Below, piece by piece: positions 10,801-24,250 of a DNA stretch of 64,000 bases. Source of the stretch: Octopus sinensis (lineage: Eukaryota); the NCBI RefSeq assembly GCF_006345805.1, contig NC_043002.1, positions 24,490,001 through 24,554,000 on the forward strand, in the 5' to 3' direction. The translations under genes and the position numbers were made by a program. Numbering within the stretch: the first letter of the stretch is position 1; the number at the start of each line of letters is the position of its first letter. The notes under the pieces are model-generated. The model made no database searches. It was not told where the DNA came from and saw only the letters and a program-made list of their open reading frames with translations.

Positions 10801-10836
10801 CTTTTACGTTTCGAGCCTATGCACATCAACAGAAAT
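10801..10836 (-). ncRNA. Minimal type I hammerhead ribozyme, degenerate copy
   Basis: Minus strand ATTT CTGTTGA T GTGC ATAG GCTC GAAAC GTA AAAG; one mismatch in stem II, 3-bp stem I. Confidence 0.6.
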
Positions 10837-11190
10837 GAGCAGAGAGAGAAAATAAAAAAAAGGTTTAAGAAAGTACCAGAAAGTACCAAAAAAAAAAATG
10901 GTTCAGAAAAGTTCAAACATCGTGGTGTATTGGAACGATTTTTCATCAACGGAAGAGTCCAGTGTAATCCAGGTGGGAGTTCGAAGTGAAGGAGAGTAAA
11001 TAATCCAGGTAGAAAAGTCCGAAGTGTATGAGGTAGTGACAAGATGAAACTGGTGCGACCACGTGAGCGTGCAATATATATAGTTGGAATTTACAAGAAA
11101 AAACCCCCCACAAAAAACAAAACAAAAGACGAAGACGGGTGTGTAAACAACAAACAGATGTATTAGTTTAACGCACGGGAAGTGAGAAAG

Positions 11191-11228
11191 TCTCTTACGT
11201 TTCGAACCTACGCTCTTCAGCAGAGAGA
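11191..11228 (-). ncRNA. Minimal type I hammerhead ribozyme (variant core)
   Basis: Minus strand TCTCT CTGCTGA A GAGC GTAG GTTC GAAAC GTA AGAGA: 5-bp stem I, 4-bp stem II (one G-U), palindromic ACGT stem III, GUA cleavage triplet. Confidence 0.75.
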
Positions 11229-11444
11229 GAAAAGAAAAAAAAGTTTAAGAAACGACAATAGGAAAAAGCTGAAAGTACAAAAAAAAAAACCGTTCAAAAG
11301 TTTCAAACGTCGTGGTGTATGGGATCGATTACACATACATACACACATAAATGTGTCCATACACGCATTATTATGCTCATATACATATGTATATGCATAC
11401 ATATGTATAAATATAAATATATATATAAACATATAAGAACACAT

Positions 11445-11660
11445 TTTATTCTTTTACTCTTTTACTTGTTTCAGTCATTTGACTGCGACCATGCTGGAGC
11501 ACCACCTTTATTCGAACAAATCGACCCCAGGATTTATTCTTTGTAAGCCTAGTACTTATTTTGCCGAATCGCTAACTTAAGGGACGTAAAACACCAACAT
11601 CGGTTATTAAGCGATGTTGGGAGTACAAATACAGACACACAAATACGTACATAGATACAT
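11445..11660 (-). mobile_element. SINE family B tail module
   Basis: TTTTACTCTTTTACTTGTTTCAGTCATTTGACTGCGACCATGCTGGAGCACC..., reverse complement of the family B tail. Confidence 0.85.
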
Positions 11661-11844
11661 ACATACATGGTCATTCATGACCGAAGGTGGGGGGTCTTTA
11701 TGTATATATCGTGGGGAATTAGCAAGTTCCTGGGATTTCAGGCTGTTAGAACTTTGGGAAAAAATGTGAAGAAGGTAGATTTGACGAGACGGATTTCGTC
11801 TTACAAATTTTTAATACCGAAATGTACTTTCCTCAATATGGGTG

Positions 11845-12069
11845 TTAAACCCTTTTGACCTCGATTTTAGCTAAGTTAAAGGCAGAGTCAACTTTGTAGT
11901 GAAACATCAATCTGGTGTAGGTAGGAAAATTTTCAGCATTAACTGTCATGGATTTTCTTCGAATGCTTGTGGATGAAGCTTTGAAAATTTTGGTTCGATT
12001 CCCAAATACTATGTCAGAAAGTATAGTCTGCAATAACACAAATAAAAGCAAAGCAAAATTTGACTTCAT
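11845..12069 (-). CDS. Candidate 74-aa secreted peptide precursor
   Basis: MKSNFALLLFVLLQTILSDIVFG signal-like N-terminus; RRK and KR basic sites; non-repetitive sequence between SINEs. Confidence 0.3.
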   Translation of the reverse strand: MKSNFALLLFVLLQTILSDIVFGNRTKIFKASSTSIRRKSMTVNAENFPTYTRLMFHYKVDSAFNLAKIEVKRV

Positions 12070-12104
12070 AAGTTAGATGCACCGATGAGAGGTGCACTTA
12101 TCTT

Positions 12105-12440
12105 TGAATTCTTTACGTGGCATCTTGGGCAAGTGTCTTCTGCTATAGCCCCGGGCCGACCAATGCCTTGTGAGTGGATTTGGTAGACGGAAACTGAAAG
12201 AAGCCTGTCGTATATATGTATGTATATATGTGTGTGTCTGTGTTTGTCCCCCTAGCATTGCTTGACAACCGATGCCGGTGTGTTTACGTCCCCGTCACTT
12301 AGCGGTTCGGCAAAAGAAACCGATAGAATAAGTACTGAGTTTACAAAGAATAAGTCCCGGGGTCGATTTGCTCGACTAAAGGCGGTGCTCCAGCATGGCC
12401 GCAGTCAAATGACTGAAACAATTAAAAGAGTAAAGAGAGA
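12105..12440 (+). mobile_element. SINE family B (5'-truncated head, short internal microsatellite, full tail)
   Basis: CGTGGCATCTTGGGCAAGTGTCTTC (CORE-like) ... TA/TG linker ... GACTGAAACAATTAAAAGAG. Confidence 0.9.
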
Positions 12441-12524
12441 GTTCGATAATTTGATAAAAATAAAAAAACTACAAAAGTAACTTAGTTAAATCTCAGGACT
12501 TTTGTTATTTGGTTGGTATATCTT

Positions 12525-12735
12525 TTATCTTTTACTTGTTTCAGTCATTTGCTGAGGCATCGGCACCGCCTTGGAGGGTTTTAGTCGAACAAATCGACCC
12601 CAGGACTTATTTTTCTTAAGCCTAGATCTTATTCTAATAACCTCTTTTGCTGAACCGCTACGTTACGGGGACGTAAACACACAAACACCGACTGTCAAGC
12701 GGTTGAGGAGGGACAAACACGCACACACATACATA

Positions 12736-12825
<90 letters not shown>

Positions 12826-13225
12826 AGGCGGCGAGCTGGCAGAAACGTTAGCACGCCGGGCGAAATGCGTAGCCGTATTTCGTCTGCCGTTACTTTCTGA
12901 GTTCAAATTCCGCCGAGGTCGACTTTGCCTTTCATCCTTTCGGGATCGATAAATTAAGTACCAGTTACGCACTGGGTCGATGTAATCGACTTAATCCGTT
13001 TGTCACCTCTGTGTTTAACCCCTTTGTGGGTAGTAAAGAAATATATATGTATATATATATACATGCATACATATATATGTGTGTGTATACATACACACAC
13101 ACACATATATACGACGGGCTTTCAGTTTCCGTCTACCAAATCTAATCACAAAACTTTGGTTAGCCCGAGGCTATAGTAGAAGATACTGTCACAAGGTGCT
13201 ACGCAGAGGGATTGAACCCGGAACC
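12525..13225 (-). mobile_element. SINE family B with expanded linker containing a nested family A SINE
   Basis: Tail 12525-12715, (TA)n(CA)n linker, head 13100-13225 (GAACCCGGAACCATGTGG). Confidence 0.85.
12825..13042 (+). mobile_element. SINE family A nested in a family B linker
   Basis: AAGGCGGCGAGCTGGCAGAAACG...GTAGTAAAGAAAT, near-identical to 3047-3279. Confidence 0.9.
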
Positions 13226-13474
13226 ATGTGGTGTACATCATCGTGTGTAAGTTTGTATGAGCGGGGTGCCGGAGTGTGCGTCTTAAGTGTGGTGTATAAT
13301 CGTGTGAGTGTTGGATATGATGAATATGATGAGCAGTAGTGTTAAGTGGTGTACAACAATATATGAATGTTAAATATAGTATACAACCATTTGTGGGTCT
13401 GACTGCAGATGTTCAAAAGAGCTTTGTTTCTATATTTTCCAGTTCGGTGGCTTTCAGTGCGTGAGTTGGAGTAG

Positions 13475-13795
13475 GATGTTGTTGTGACCCCCTTCGGTCA
13501 TGACACTGACCATGGGCTTGCACCTAGAAAGTTACCCTCCCAGGCACAAGTTTGGGCAAGGTTATTTATGGAAGACCAGCAGTCGCCCATGCATACCGGC
13601 CTCCTCTCTCCACGTCACCAGTGTTATCAAAGGGAAAGGCAAAGACCGATGCAGCTTGGCACCTGTGACGTCGCAACTCATTTCTACAGCTGAGTGAATT
13701 GGAGCAACGTGAAATAAAGTGTCTTGCTCAAGAACACAACACGCAGCCCGGTCCGGGATTCGAGCTCACAACCTCACGATCGTAAGCCATGCGCC
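13475..13795 (-). mobile_element. CORE-type SINE family D (tail type 1)
   Basis: Reverse complement of 54620-54950: tRNA-like head, CORE-like TGTGTTCTTGAGCAAGACACTTTATTTCACG, tail with GCATGGGCGACTGCTGGTCTTCCATAAA. Confidence 0.85.
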
Positions 13796-13944
13796 TTCAC
13801 ATGTAGGATGTACAGCGTGTTTAAGTCTTGAGTGATGTGTGAAGGAGTGTCTCGAATATGGGACACAAACGTGCGTGAGTATGGTACACTGCAGTGTATG
13901 CATCATATGTGGTGTATTAGCAGCATGCAAGACTGGGTCTGAGA

Positions 13945-15560
13945 TGCTGTTTTGCTCAGGTCAGCCTTGACTGAGTTGACCAGTAGTCAGAAGCGTTCCA
14001 TCTACGACCATTCCATCTTTTTATATACCTAGAACTCCACTGTTCTTTGTTTTTTAAGAGAGTAGGATTTGATTTGAGGGAGATTTGACTGCTATTTCTT
14101 GTAGTTCAAGTGACCACATAAGACTCTCTTATGTGATGTACAGCTGTGTGAGAAGGTGTGTATGTGTATAAAAGTGGTGTACGGCAGAGTGCGAATCTGC
14201 ATATATTAGTGTGTATAAACAGTCGTGTTTTATTTTTCGACCAATCAACAGAGAGAATGAGAGAAATTGCCGGAAGAGTTGCATCTGATCATGTGCTGTT
14301 TAGTATGTCTTCAGTTTGAGCAAGAGGACCTGTTATGCCGCGAGGAAGGTAGACTTAAAAATAAACATAGATACATGCGCTCAGGAGCCTTTTTTTCACA
14401 AGCCAACGAAGGAGCCTCTTCGTGGTCGCTCCAGCGGCTAGAAATAGTGGTCAGATTGCCCTCAAATCACACATTGCTGTCTTAAAGACAGAAGGATACA
14501 TGCTATAATGTAGTTTGGGATAGCGCATTTCTGATATATATATATATATATATAAAAGAGGATATGGTAACAACTAGAAAGCCTTTGACCAGACATTTAT
14601 TCGATCAAGATGGACATGAGATAACAACATACGTATATGTTATATGATAGTCCTTAAATTCTAAATACCAAATGCAAGACCAGCGCTCGAAGAGTACTAT
14701 AAATCTGAATGATTAAGTTATATACTTTTAATTACGGACTTAATAATAATTTCGTTATAGAGAAGTTTTAGTTTCTCCTTCGATTTTCAGTGTAGAAATG
14801 ATGTACAAGAAGAGTGCCAACAAGTTATAGTTGTTTTTTGCTCCAGATCAGCCGTGATCGAGAAAACTACAATCAAACGTGATCCAACCGAGATCAACCT
14901 ATCTTTTTGTACAAGACAATAGGATTTAATTTGGGGAAGACATGGCTGCTATTTCTTGTAGAGCAAGCGACCGCGTGGGGCTTCCTTGTTGATTGGCATA
15001 TCATTGTTTCTGCTGGTTGTTTAGCCATGATCAGCACCGATTGGGCAGACTTATGATCAAAGTCATTCATTTCCCAGACACTGTACACTAAGATCCATAT
15101 TAATCATAGTATTAATTTTCTTCAAAGACGGTAGTGGGTGTGACTTGGCTACTATTTCTAACAGGTTGTTTTCAGTTGGTCATCTAATAGGCTTTTACAA
15201 TGGAAGATGAGAGATGACAATGAGATTCGTTGTGAAATCAAGAAAGATATCTTGCACAACCTTCGTTATATATTTTTTTCTTTTAGAACGGAGAGTTATG
15301 AAAAACTTTCATAATTATTCAGTCGTAAATTTTTACGCATTTTTTTTTGTGTTGTTGTTTAGCCCCAGGTCAGCCCTGATCGAACATGTTTATGATCAAA
15401 GACATTTCGGTCGTGCACCTTTCACATTTTTTCCCTTATGTAGTATATCGTGGACTGATTAATAAATGTATCTTTGCTTTTTAAGATGGCATGATGTGGG
15501 CTGAAGGAGACTTGGGTGTTACTTTTAACAAGTCGAACGACCATATAGAAGCTTCTTACC
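13945..15560. mobile_element. Cluster of ~5 degenerate copies of an abundant (CAA)n-tailed retroposon (family F)
   Basis: Recurrent TTGTTGTTTAGCCCCAGGTCAGCCCTGATC..TATGATCAAAG and GATTTGGCTGCTATTTCTAG motifs; further copies at ~32090-32340, 34890-35050, 39300-39540, 43190-43530, 52270-52520, 55080-55230, 55900-56130, 56520-56750, 63420-63780. Confidence 0.75.
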
Positions 15561-17921
15561 TGGCGTTCATGTTTGTTGTTAAAAATGTAAGGACTACCGA
15601 CACTCATATGGTTGTATATATATCGATCACACACACACACACACAATTAATTATAAACACTCGATTGTCAAAAACTAGCCAATAATAGCCATTGGTCTCC
15701 TTGCAATACTTAGAAAATTTGATAACACCAGAAGATGTTATGAAAATCACAGCCATAACAACCAAACCATCACATCATATGAAACCCCGTCTCTATCTGT
15801 GTGTGTGTGTGTGTGAGGCTATTTGAGACATTAGTGTCTGAAAAGATGCTGATATATGTACATACACACACATATATCAGTGTGTGCTTAAGTCATTTAC
15901 TGTTAGCAGTTTTGAAAGTGATGAGTGATTGATGGGTCGAGTGTATGTATATCTCTACGTGCGCATAAGCGCATGCACGGATGCATGCTTGTGTGGGAAT
16001 GAGGAAAACGTCCCATCTACTCCAGAAGCCAACCTCCACCTTTCACTCTCTTTATTTTTCATTCTCTCTTTCTTCAGTCCTTGTTTTTTTTTATCTCTTC
16101 TCACATACCCGTTCCCACACAAATATATATATACACCCTTTCTCGATTGTTCCTCTTTGTTCCCTCACACTCTTTCATTTAAGCTTTCTACCTCTCACTC
16201 AGACTATCATATAACCTCTCTCTCTCTCTTTCTGTCCTATCTTGTACTTTCACTTTCTCTTAGTCTCACTGCTTTGTTTAATCTATTTCTAATTCTCGTC
16301 GCTCTTCCCCACTACTTGCTCATTTGCCCTCATTTTCTTTCATCTCTCTTACCCTTGCTTTCGCTTTCTCTTATTCATTTGCTTCCTCATTCTCACATAC
16401 ACACACTCATATATATGTGTACACACTCATCTACATTGACTCTCTCTCCCCACCCTCTCTTTCTGTTTTCGATTTCAAATGTTCTCTCACTTAAAATTTC
16501 ATCTATCTCTTCATTCCTACTCACTCTTCTCTATTTTGTAAATTCTATCGTTCTTTCAGTCATTCCATATACACACTGTCCTATCTGTTTTTCGTTTAAT
16601 CAACCAATTTTCCCACACCTTTACTCCTCTGTCTGTGTCTGCATCTCTCTTTCTTCCGTTCATTCAAGCAGATACATATATACATAATGTCCCCTTCTGT
16701 GTTTCGTTTCTCGTTTTTTCTCGTCTGTCCGCCTTCCCTCTCACTAATTTAAACACACACACACACACACACCCTTTTATGTCCTTTTGTCTCTCGTTCA
16801 CTCGAATGCTTTCTCATAAACCTTTACCTCATTCTCTCTCGCTCTCTCTGATATATATATATCACTCTGCACCTATACCTCAACACAATAAAAACACTAC
16901 CTTCTCCCTTTCATAAGCGTTGCTAGTAGCAGTTAGTTGTATGACTTTATGCTTCAATAAAACTGTGTCTACGAATGTCCTTGGGATAGACATGATTATC
17001 ACAACATCCCATTTCTTTCTTTCTCCGAATATTATAGGACCCTTGTGCATAGTCGAAACGAAACCACTGTATGAATGTCTAATGATGGTGCAGTTGAAAA
17101 AAGGATGACCATCACAACATCTCTTCAATAAAAACTTAGATCTTGTGTCTTAATTGAAATAAATCTATATATCGTGTGTGTGTGTTCGTCCATCAGTTGA
17201 TGCCGTTGTTTCTACTAACGGCTAAATACATACATACATACATACATACATACATACACGAAACATTCATACATACACGATACATACATACATACAAGAT
17301 ACATACATACATAGAACACACAGCATACTGACACACACATTTAGTAATGTAGACCTAGCTACATTGATGTATACATACATTCAAACATATAACTGCAAAT
17401 TCCCACACGCGCGCGTATAGGCTCACATGCAACACACACGCATACGTACACACCCACATTTGCAACGGTACACAGAAAACATACATAAAGGAACCTAGAT
17501 ACGCGCCCTAAGTACGCGCGAGCTCACTATTTGTATATATATTTATATATCTATATATACGCATTCAAAAAAAAGGAGTATATTTTTATACAAAACATGT
17601 TTATTTCACTTTAAATACATACGTACTTACATATAAACGTACCCTCAAACATAAACATGCGCGCGTATAGATACTTGCATAAACATACTCTTACATACAC
17701 ATATATACACTAATTCTGGTCACACGCGCATCAGCAGCAGTCACAAGCACAGTTCTCTCTCTCTCTTGCTCCTCTATATTTCTATCAAAACTACTGTAGC
17801 TACTGATACACATACACACAGGATAAAGCACACGCACCTTGAGGTAACACACACACATAGACACATCGATTTACACAACGACCTAACACACTAATCCATC
17901 ATTTGCTTCTCTCTTATCAAG

Positions 17922-18208
17922 GAGAACTACAGAATTACATTTATTCACGACGGATGCTGGTAGACAGGATTTTACTGATGTAGAAGTCGCCGAGGATTCT
18001 TGTTATTCTGGCATTTTTTTGCCCATATAACGTCCCTTTTTTTGGTCCCGGAGAAAGGATCTGAAAGGAAAAAAAACTGTAGTCAGAAAGACTGATAAAC
18101 AAAACCTACATACATGTAAGATGGCAAGGTATCGCAGTTGGAATACCACTGATTGTGGTGGCTCCAAGATTGTTGGTATTTTAGCCTTAATTTTGCTAGT
18201 ATTTGGAG
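17922..18208 (+). CDS. Probable first coding exon of a host gene (CDS 18121-18208), secreted or membrane protein
   Basis: CTAAC/CTAAT branch-like motifs, pyrimidine tract and AG at 17920-17921; in-frame stop at 18028; MARYRSWNTTDCGGSKIVGILALILLVFG+G; consensus GAG|GTAAGT donor at 18209. Confidence 0.65.
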
Positions 18209-18289
18209 GTAAGTCGTACATCTCATTGTTTATTTCAAACCAAACTACACTATGCAATGTATATAAGCAAAGTATCATATATGAATGTC

Positions 18290-20164
<1,875 letters not shown>

Positions 20165-20170
<6 letters not shown>

Positions 20171-20400
20171 TTATTGCCCAGAGGGGGCTAAACACAGAGG
20201 TGACAAACAAGTACAGACAAAGCGATTAAAGTGATTACATGGACCCCAGTGTGTAACTGGTACTTATTTAATCAATCTTGAAAGGATGACAGGCACAGTC
20301 ATCCTCGGCAGAATTTGAACTCAGAACGAACGTAATGGCAAATGAACTACTGCGAAGCATTTCACCCGGTGTGCTAACGATTTTCCCAGCTTGCTGTCCT
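20165..20400 (-). mobile_element. SINE family A, diverged
   Basis: Homologous to 7390-7607. Confidence 0.85.
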
Positions 20401-21357
20401 TATATTCATATATATATATAGTTGACGTTAGATGATGTTGATGATTATATATATATACTATATAAAAGTATATACATGATGATGATGATGATGATGTATA
20501 TAAAGATATATACATATATATGAATATATATATATATATGTGTGTGTATATACATATGCATGTATATGTATATATATGTGTGTCATATGAGTGTGTGTAA
20601 ACATGCTTGCATATATCGGTATATATATATATATATACACACATATATATATCAATGATCCTGGAGATTGAATGTTCAAGACCCAGGATGTGTGGGAGAA
20701 ATAGAGTAGAGTGAAATGAGGTGAAGCCAAGTAGTACAGGAGGGAAAGGTGACGGTAGAATGTAAGAGCACCATTGGTCCAATGTAGCCTTTCACTTATA
20801 GTCTTTGAGATGATCCACAAATGTTGAGTGGTGATAAGGGGAAGGTAAAGTAAGTTGGTGTATCCTGTATCAGTAAGCTTCATATATGAGTGTCGGTGAA
20901 AGGGTTAGATGGTCAGATAGGTAGAGTGACATCCTTAGTTATACTGGATGTTATGTATGGTAGACAGAAGGAATACATTGAACTTTAGTCCTACTGTGAG
21001 ATTGAAAAAAGGAAGTAATGACTGAGGGATGGGTAATAGAGGTGTGGGTGAGGTGGAATGAGATATAAAGACATGTACCAAATAGTCATAGGTGAAATGT
21101 ACAGGTGATAGACAAAAATGAGTGATAAAAGCATGTGTGATGAGCAGGATGTGAGATAGTAGGGTAAATGATGGGGGTGTTAGGTGAGAGGCTATCAAAG
21201 AGGCCAACGATGTGGACTTAACAGAATGCAGATGTATGAATGCATATGTACATGCACATACATGTACATACATATGCCTAATGATACATGCCTATATATA
21301 TGTTTGTACGTGTGTAAATTAAATAAATAGATTATATATACTTATTTATTTATATAT

Positions 21358-21413
<56 letters not shown>

Positions 21414-21439
21414 CTATACAATTTTAATGTCAGTTTTGC

Positions 21440-21900
21440 CAAGCCAGGACAAGTGTACAGATCTTCTGTAAAGCATGCAACCAGACATTGCAATCTTCTC
21501 CTCTGTGAGATGTAACAATTTCACATCTGTCTTCACTCCTTTGTCTCAAGTCTTCCTCTGGCTGTGTCTTCCACATGTTCCATTTGTTTTAAGTATGTGG
21601 TAATTCTTTAGAGGGCTGTCCTCTTCCATATGCATCACATGCTCATACCAATGCAGTGTTGCACATATCAGATTTTGCCAGTGCTCAGCTTTACTCTCAG
21701 CTCATTTGTGCTCTGTCATCCATGCTTACTAATATTACACATCCAGCAGAGTATACTCAATTCATTTCTTTCTAGTTGCTTCAAAACCTCTGCATTCAGT
21801 GACTATGTCTTATTACCATGCAAAATTGTACTTTACACACAAACATCATATACTCTGTCCTTCACTCTGAAGAAGAAGAAGCCTCATATTGCCAGGCCTT
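21440..21900 (-). mobile_element. RTE LINE 3' fragment
   Basis: Minus strand GTCGRHSQRK..GVKTDVKLLHLTE, an RTE C-terminal pattern. Confidence 0.5.
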
Positions 21901-22159
21901 CAACAAGGTTCCATACATTGTATTCTGATGATCAATATAAACTTGGAAAGGACGAATGGCTTGTAAGTGTTGTGCAAGTCATGTAGAGAGGCACAGTCAG
22001 CTAAGTGAGAGTCAGTAATAAATTTGTTGAGGAGTGCATGTAGATCCACCATCCACCAGGGCTCCATTCCCAATACCTTTCTGTTCACTATAGTCTTATA
22101 GGCTTATATAATAGAATAGTTTAAGAACAAGTGTCTGAGAATTCCATTTTACATATATC

Positions 22160-23438
22160 TTGGGTCATCCCATAAATAATGCGGTTTTTTCAATTGCATG
22201 AAATAAAAGTTGGAAGGGCATAGGATAGACTGCCTGCATCAATTTGCTGTAGAAGTAGGTAGTAATTTTAACTTAGTTCTTATTCTTAGGGCAAGTTTTG
22301 AAGAATGCAGTTCGATTTTAACAGTTATTTTTTCGAACCTATAATAGGAGTGACAAAGGAGCATATTTGGCATATTTTGCTTTATGAATTTAATAAAGGC
22401 AACAACACAATGAAAAGTGTGAGGAATATCACTGCAGTATATGGGGATCGGACAATAAGCATAAGCCAGTGTCAACAGTGGTTCCAGAAATTCCAAGCTG
22501 GAAATTACAGCCTAGAAGACAAGCCTTGTCCTAGAAGATCTGTAGAACTCAATGAGGACATCCTACAAACCCCGGTGGAACAAAATCCCATCATAACTGT
22601 TGAGGAACTAGCAGAGAAGCTTGGATTTGGTCACTCAACCATTCATCGACACTTGTGTGCCATCAGAAAAGTCAGAAAATTGAGTCAATGGGTTCCTCAC
22701 AAACTTTCCAAGTCTAATCGTGCACAGAGAGTGAATGTGTGCTCTTCTTTGCTGTCACACCTCACAAATGAACCTCTTTTGGACCAAATAGTGACTGTTG
22801 ACAAGAAATGGGTTCTCTATAAAAATGTCAAGCACCAAAGACAGTGGGTAGCGCAAGGAGAAATACTGGCACCCCAGGCTAAAGAAGGTCTTCACTCTTG
22901 TAAGGTGTTTGTTATCTGTTTGGTGGGATATGAAAGGATTAGTCCACTTTGAACTTTTAAATCCAAACCAAATGTTAACAAAGGAGATTTACTGTGAGCA
23001 GCTTGAGTGGCTTAAGTCAGTGCATGAAGGAAAATGACCATCTTTAGTTTCAAGACAAAAGGTGTTCTTCCATCCGGTCACATACAATGAATATGACGTT
23101 CCAAAGGCTGACACAGTTTGAATGGGAAACGATGCCCTACCCACCATATTTGCTAGATATTGCCCCGTCTGATTATCATTTATTCCGCGGTCTTCAAAAT
23201 CATTTGGATGTAAAGAATATGAATTCTGTAGATGAGGTGAGAACAGTATTGGAGGAGTATTTTTCATCACTGACAAGTGAATTTTGGAAGAGGGACCCTG
23301 CAAGTCTACCAGATAGATGGAAGAGCCTTGTAGAAAATGAAGGAGAGTATGTTCTAGATTAAAAATGATCTATGTTCATCTTAATTTTGAAAAATAAAAG
23401 AAATATAGAAAAAACGCATTATTTATGGGATGACCCAA
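22160..23438 (+). mobile_element. Full-length (1279 bp) decayed mariner transposon
   Basis: TIRs TTGGGTCATCCCATAAATAATGCG at both ends; TA at 23439-23440 (left TA mutated to TC); WVPHKL (22689-22706), IVTVDKKW and YPPYLLDIAPSDYHLF motifs; start ATG>ATA and frameshifts around 22900-23090. Confidence 0.97.
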
Positions 23439-23859
23439 TACACATACAAACATACATGCGCACACACACAAACACACACACATATATGCACATATATATA
23501 TACATACATACATGTGTGTGTATGTATAATTACAGGAAAAACATAATGGAAATATATTCTTGTAATCATCCATACATATATTCCATTGATGAATAGAGCT
23601 GCTATGCAAGTATATACCTTAGAGTCAAATTACATCATCAAATCATCAGAGTTTGTATGATAGACAAAATATTAGCCTTAAGACAATTCATAGTAAACTG
23701 ACAGTTCTGCAGAACCAAGTTTCTTTGTGATTAATGACAGAATTTTTATTCTGCAGAAATAATGGAATTGTTTAGCTATTATAAATGCCTCAAGACTAAT
23801 ATTTTGTTTATCACACAAACTCTGATAATTTGATGAAACTATGTTTGCACTAGAGGACC

Positions 23860-24250
23860 AATCTTTTCCAACACTGCATTTGACCAATCTCCATAGCTCT
23901 TTGTCATCTTATTTGTGAAGTCCAGTTTCTTGAGATCAGTCTTTACCACTTTGCCCCATACTTCCTTATGATTCTCTCGTCTGCAGGTTCAGTTCATTTC
24001 AAGTGCTCAGTACTTCACTATGCAACTAACATCCTCCATTTACATCCCCTACCAATATCAACACAGTTTTCTTACACCCAGCTCTTACACCCAGCTTTTC
24101 TCACAGCTTGTTTGAGCTTTATTGTTCATACACACGCTAACATCACACATCCAATGGAGCATACTCGCTTCTTTTCTTTTCAGTTGTCACAAATCTTCTG
24201 CATGCAAGGCCTACATCTTGCTACCTTGCAACATTGCACTTCATACATAT
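23860..24250 (-). mobile_element. RTE LINE 3' fragment
   Basis: Minus strand TCRRENHKEVWGKVVKTDLKKLDFTNKMTKSYGDW. Confidence 0.6.

Larger units (their letters stand above)
10705..11330 (-). mobile_element. Tandem pair of Penelope-type terminal-repeat/retrozyme-like units
   Basis: GTTGGAATT..GACGAAGAC..AACAAACAGAT.TATTAGTTTAA..GAGAAAGTC..TACGTTTCGA..TCAAAC.TCGTGGTGTAT occurs at ~10708-10945 and ~11082-11330; third homolog at ~37060-37250 on the plus strand. Confidence 0.85.

Noticed and set aside
15929-16687. 252-aa hydrophobic ORF
   Set aside because: Derived from a pyrimidine-rich (CT) low-complexity tract; Leu/Ser/Phe bias with no domain.
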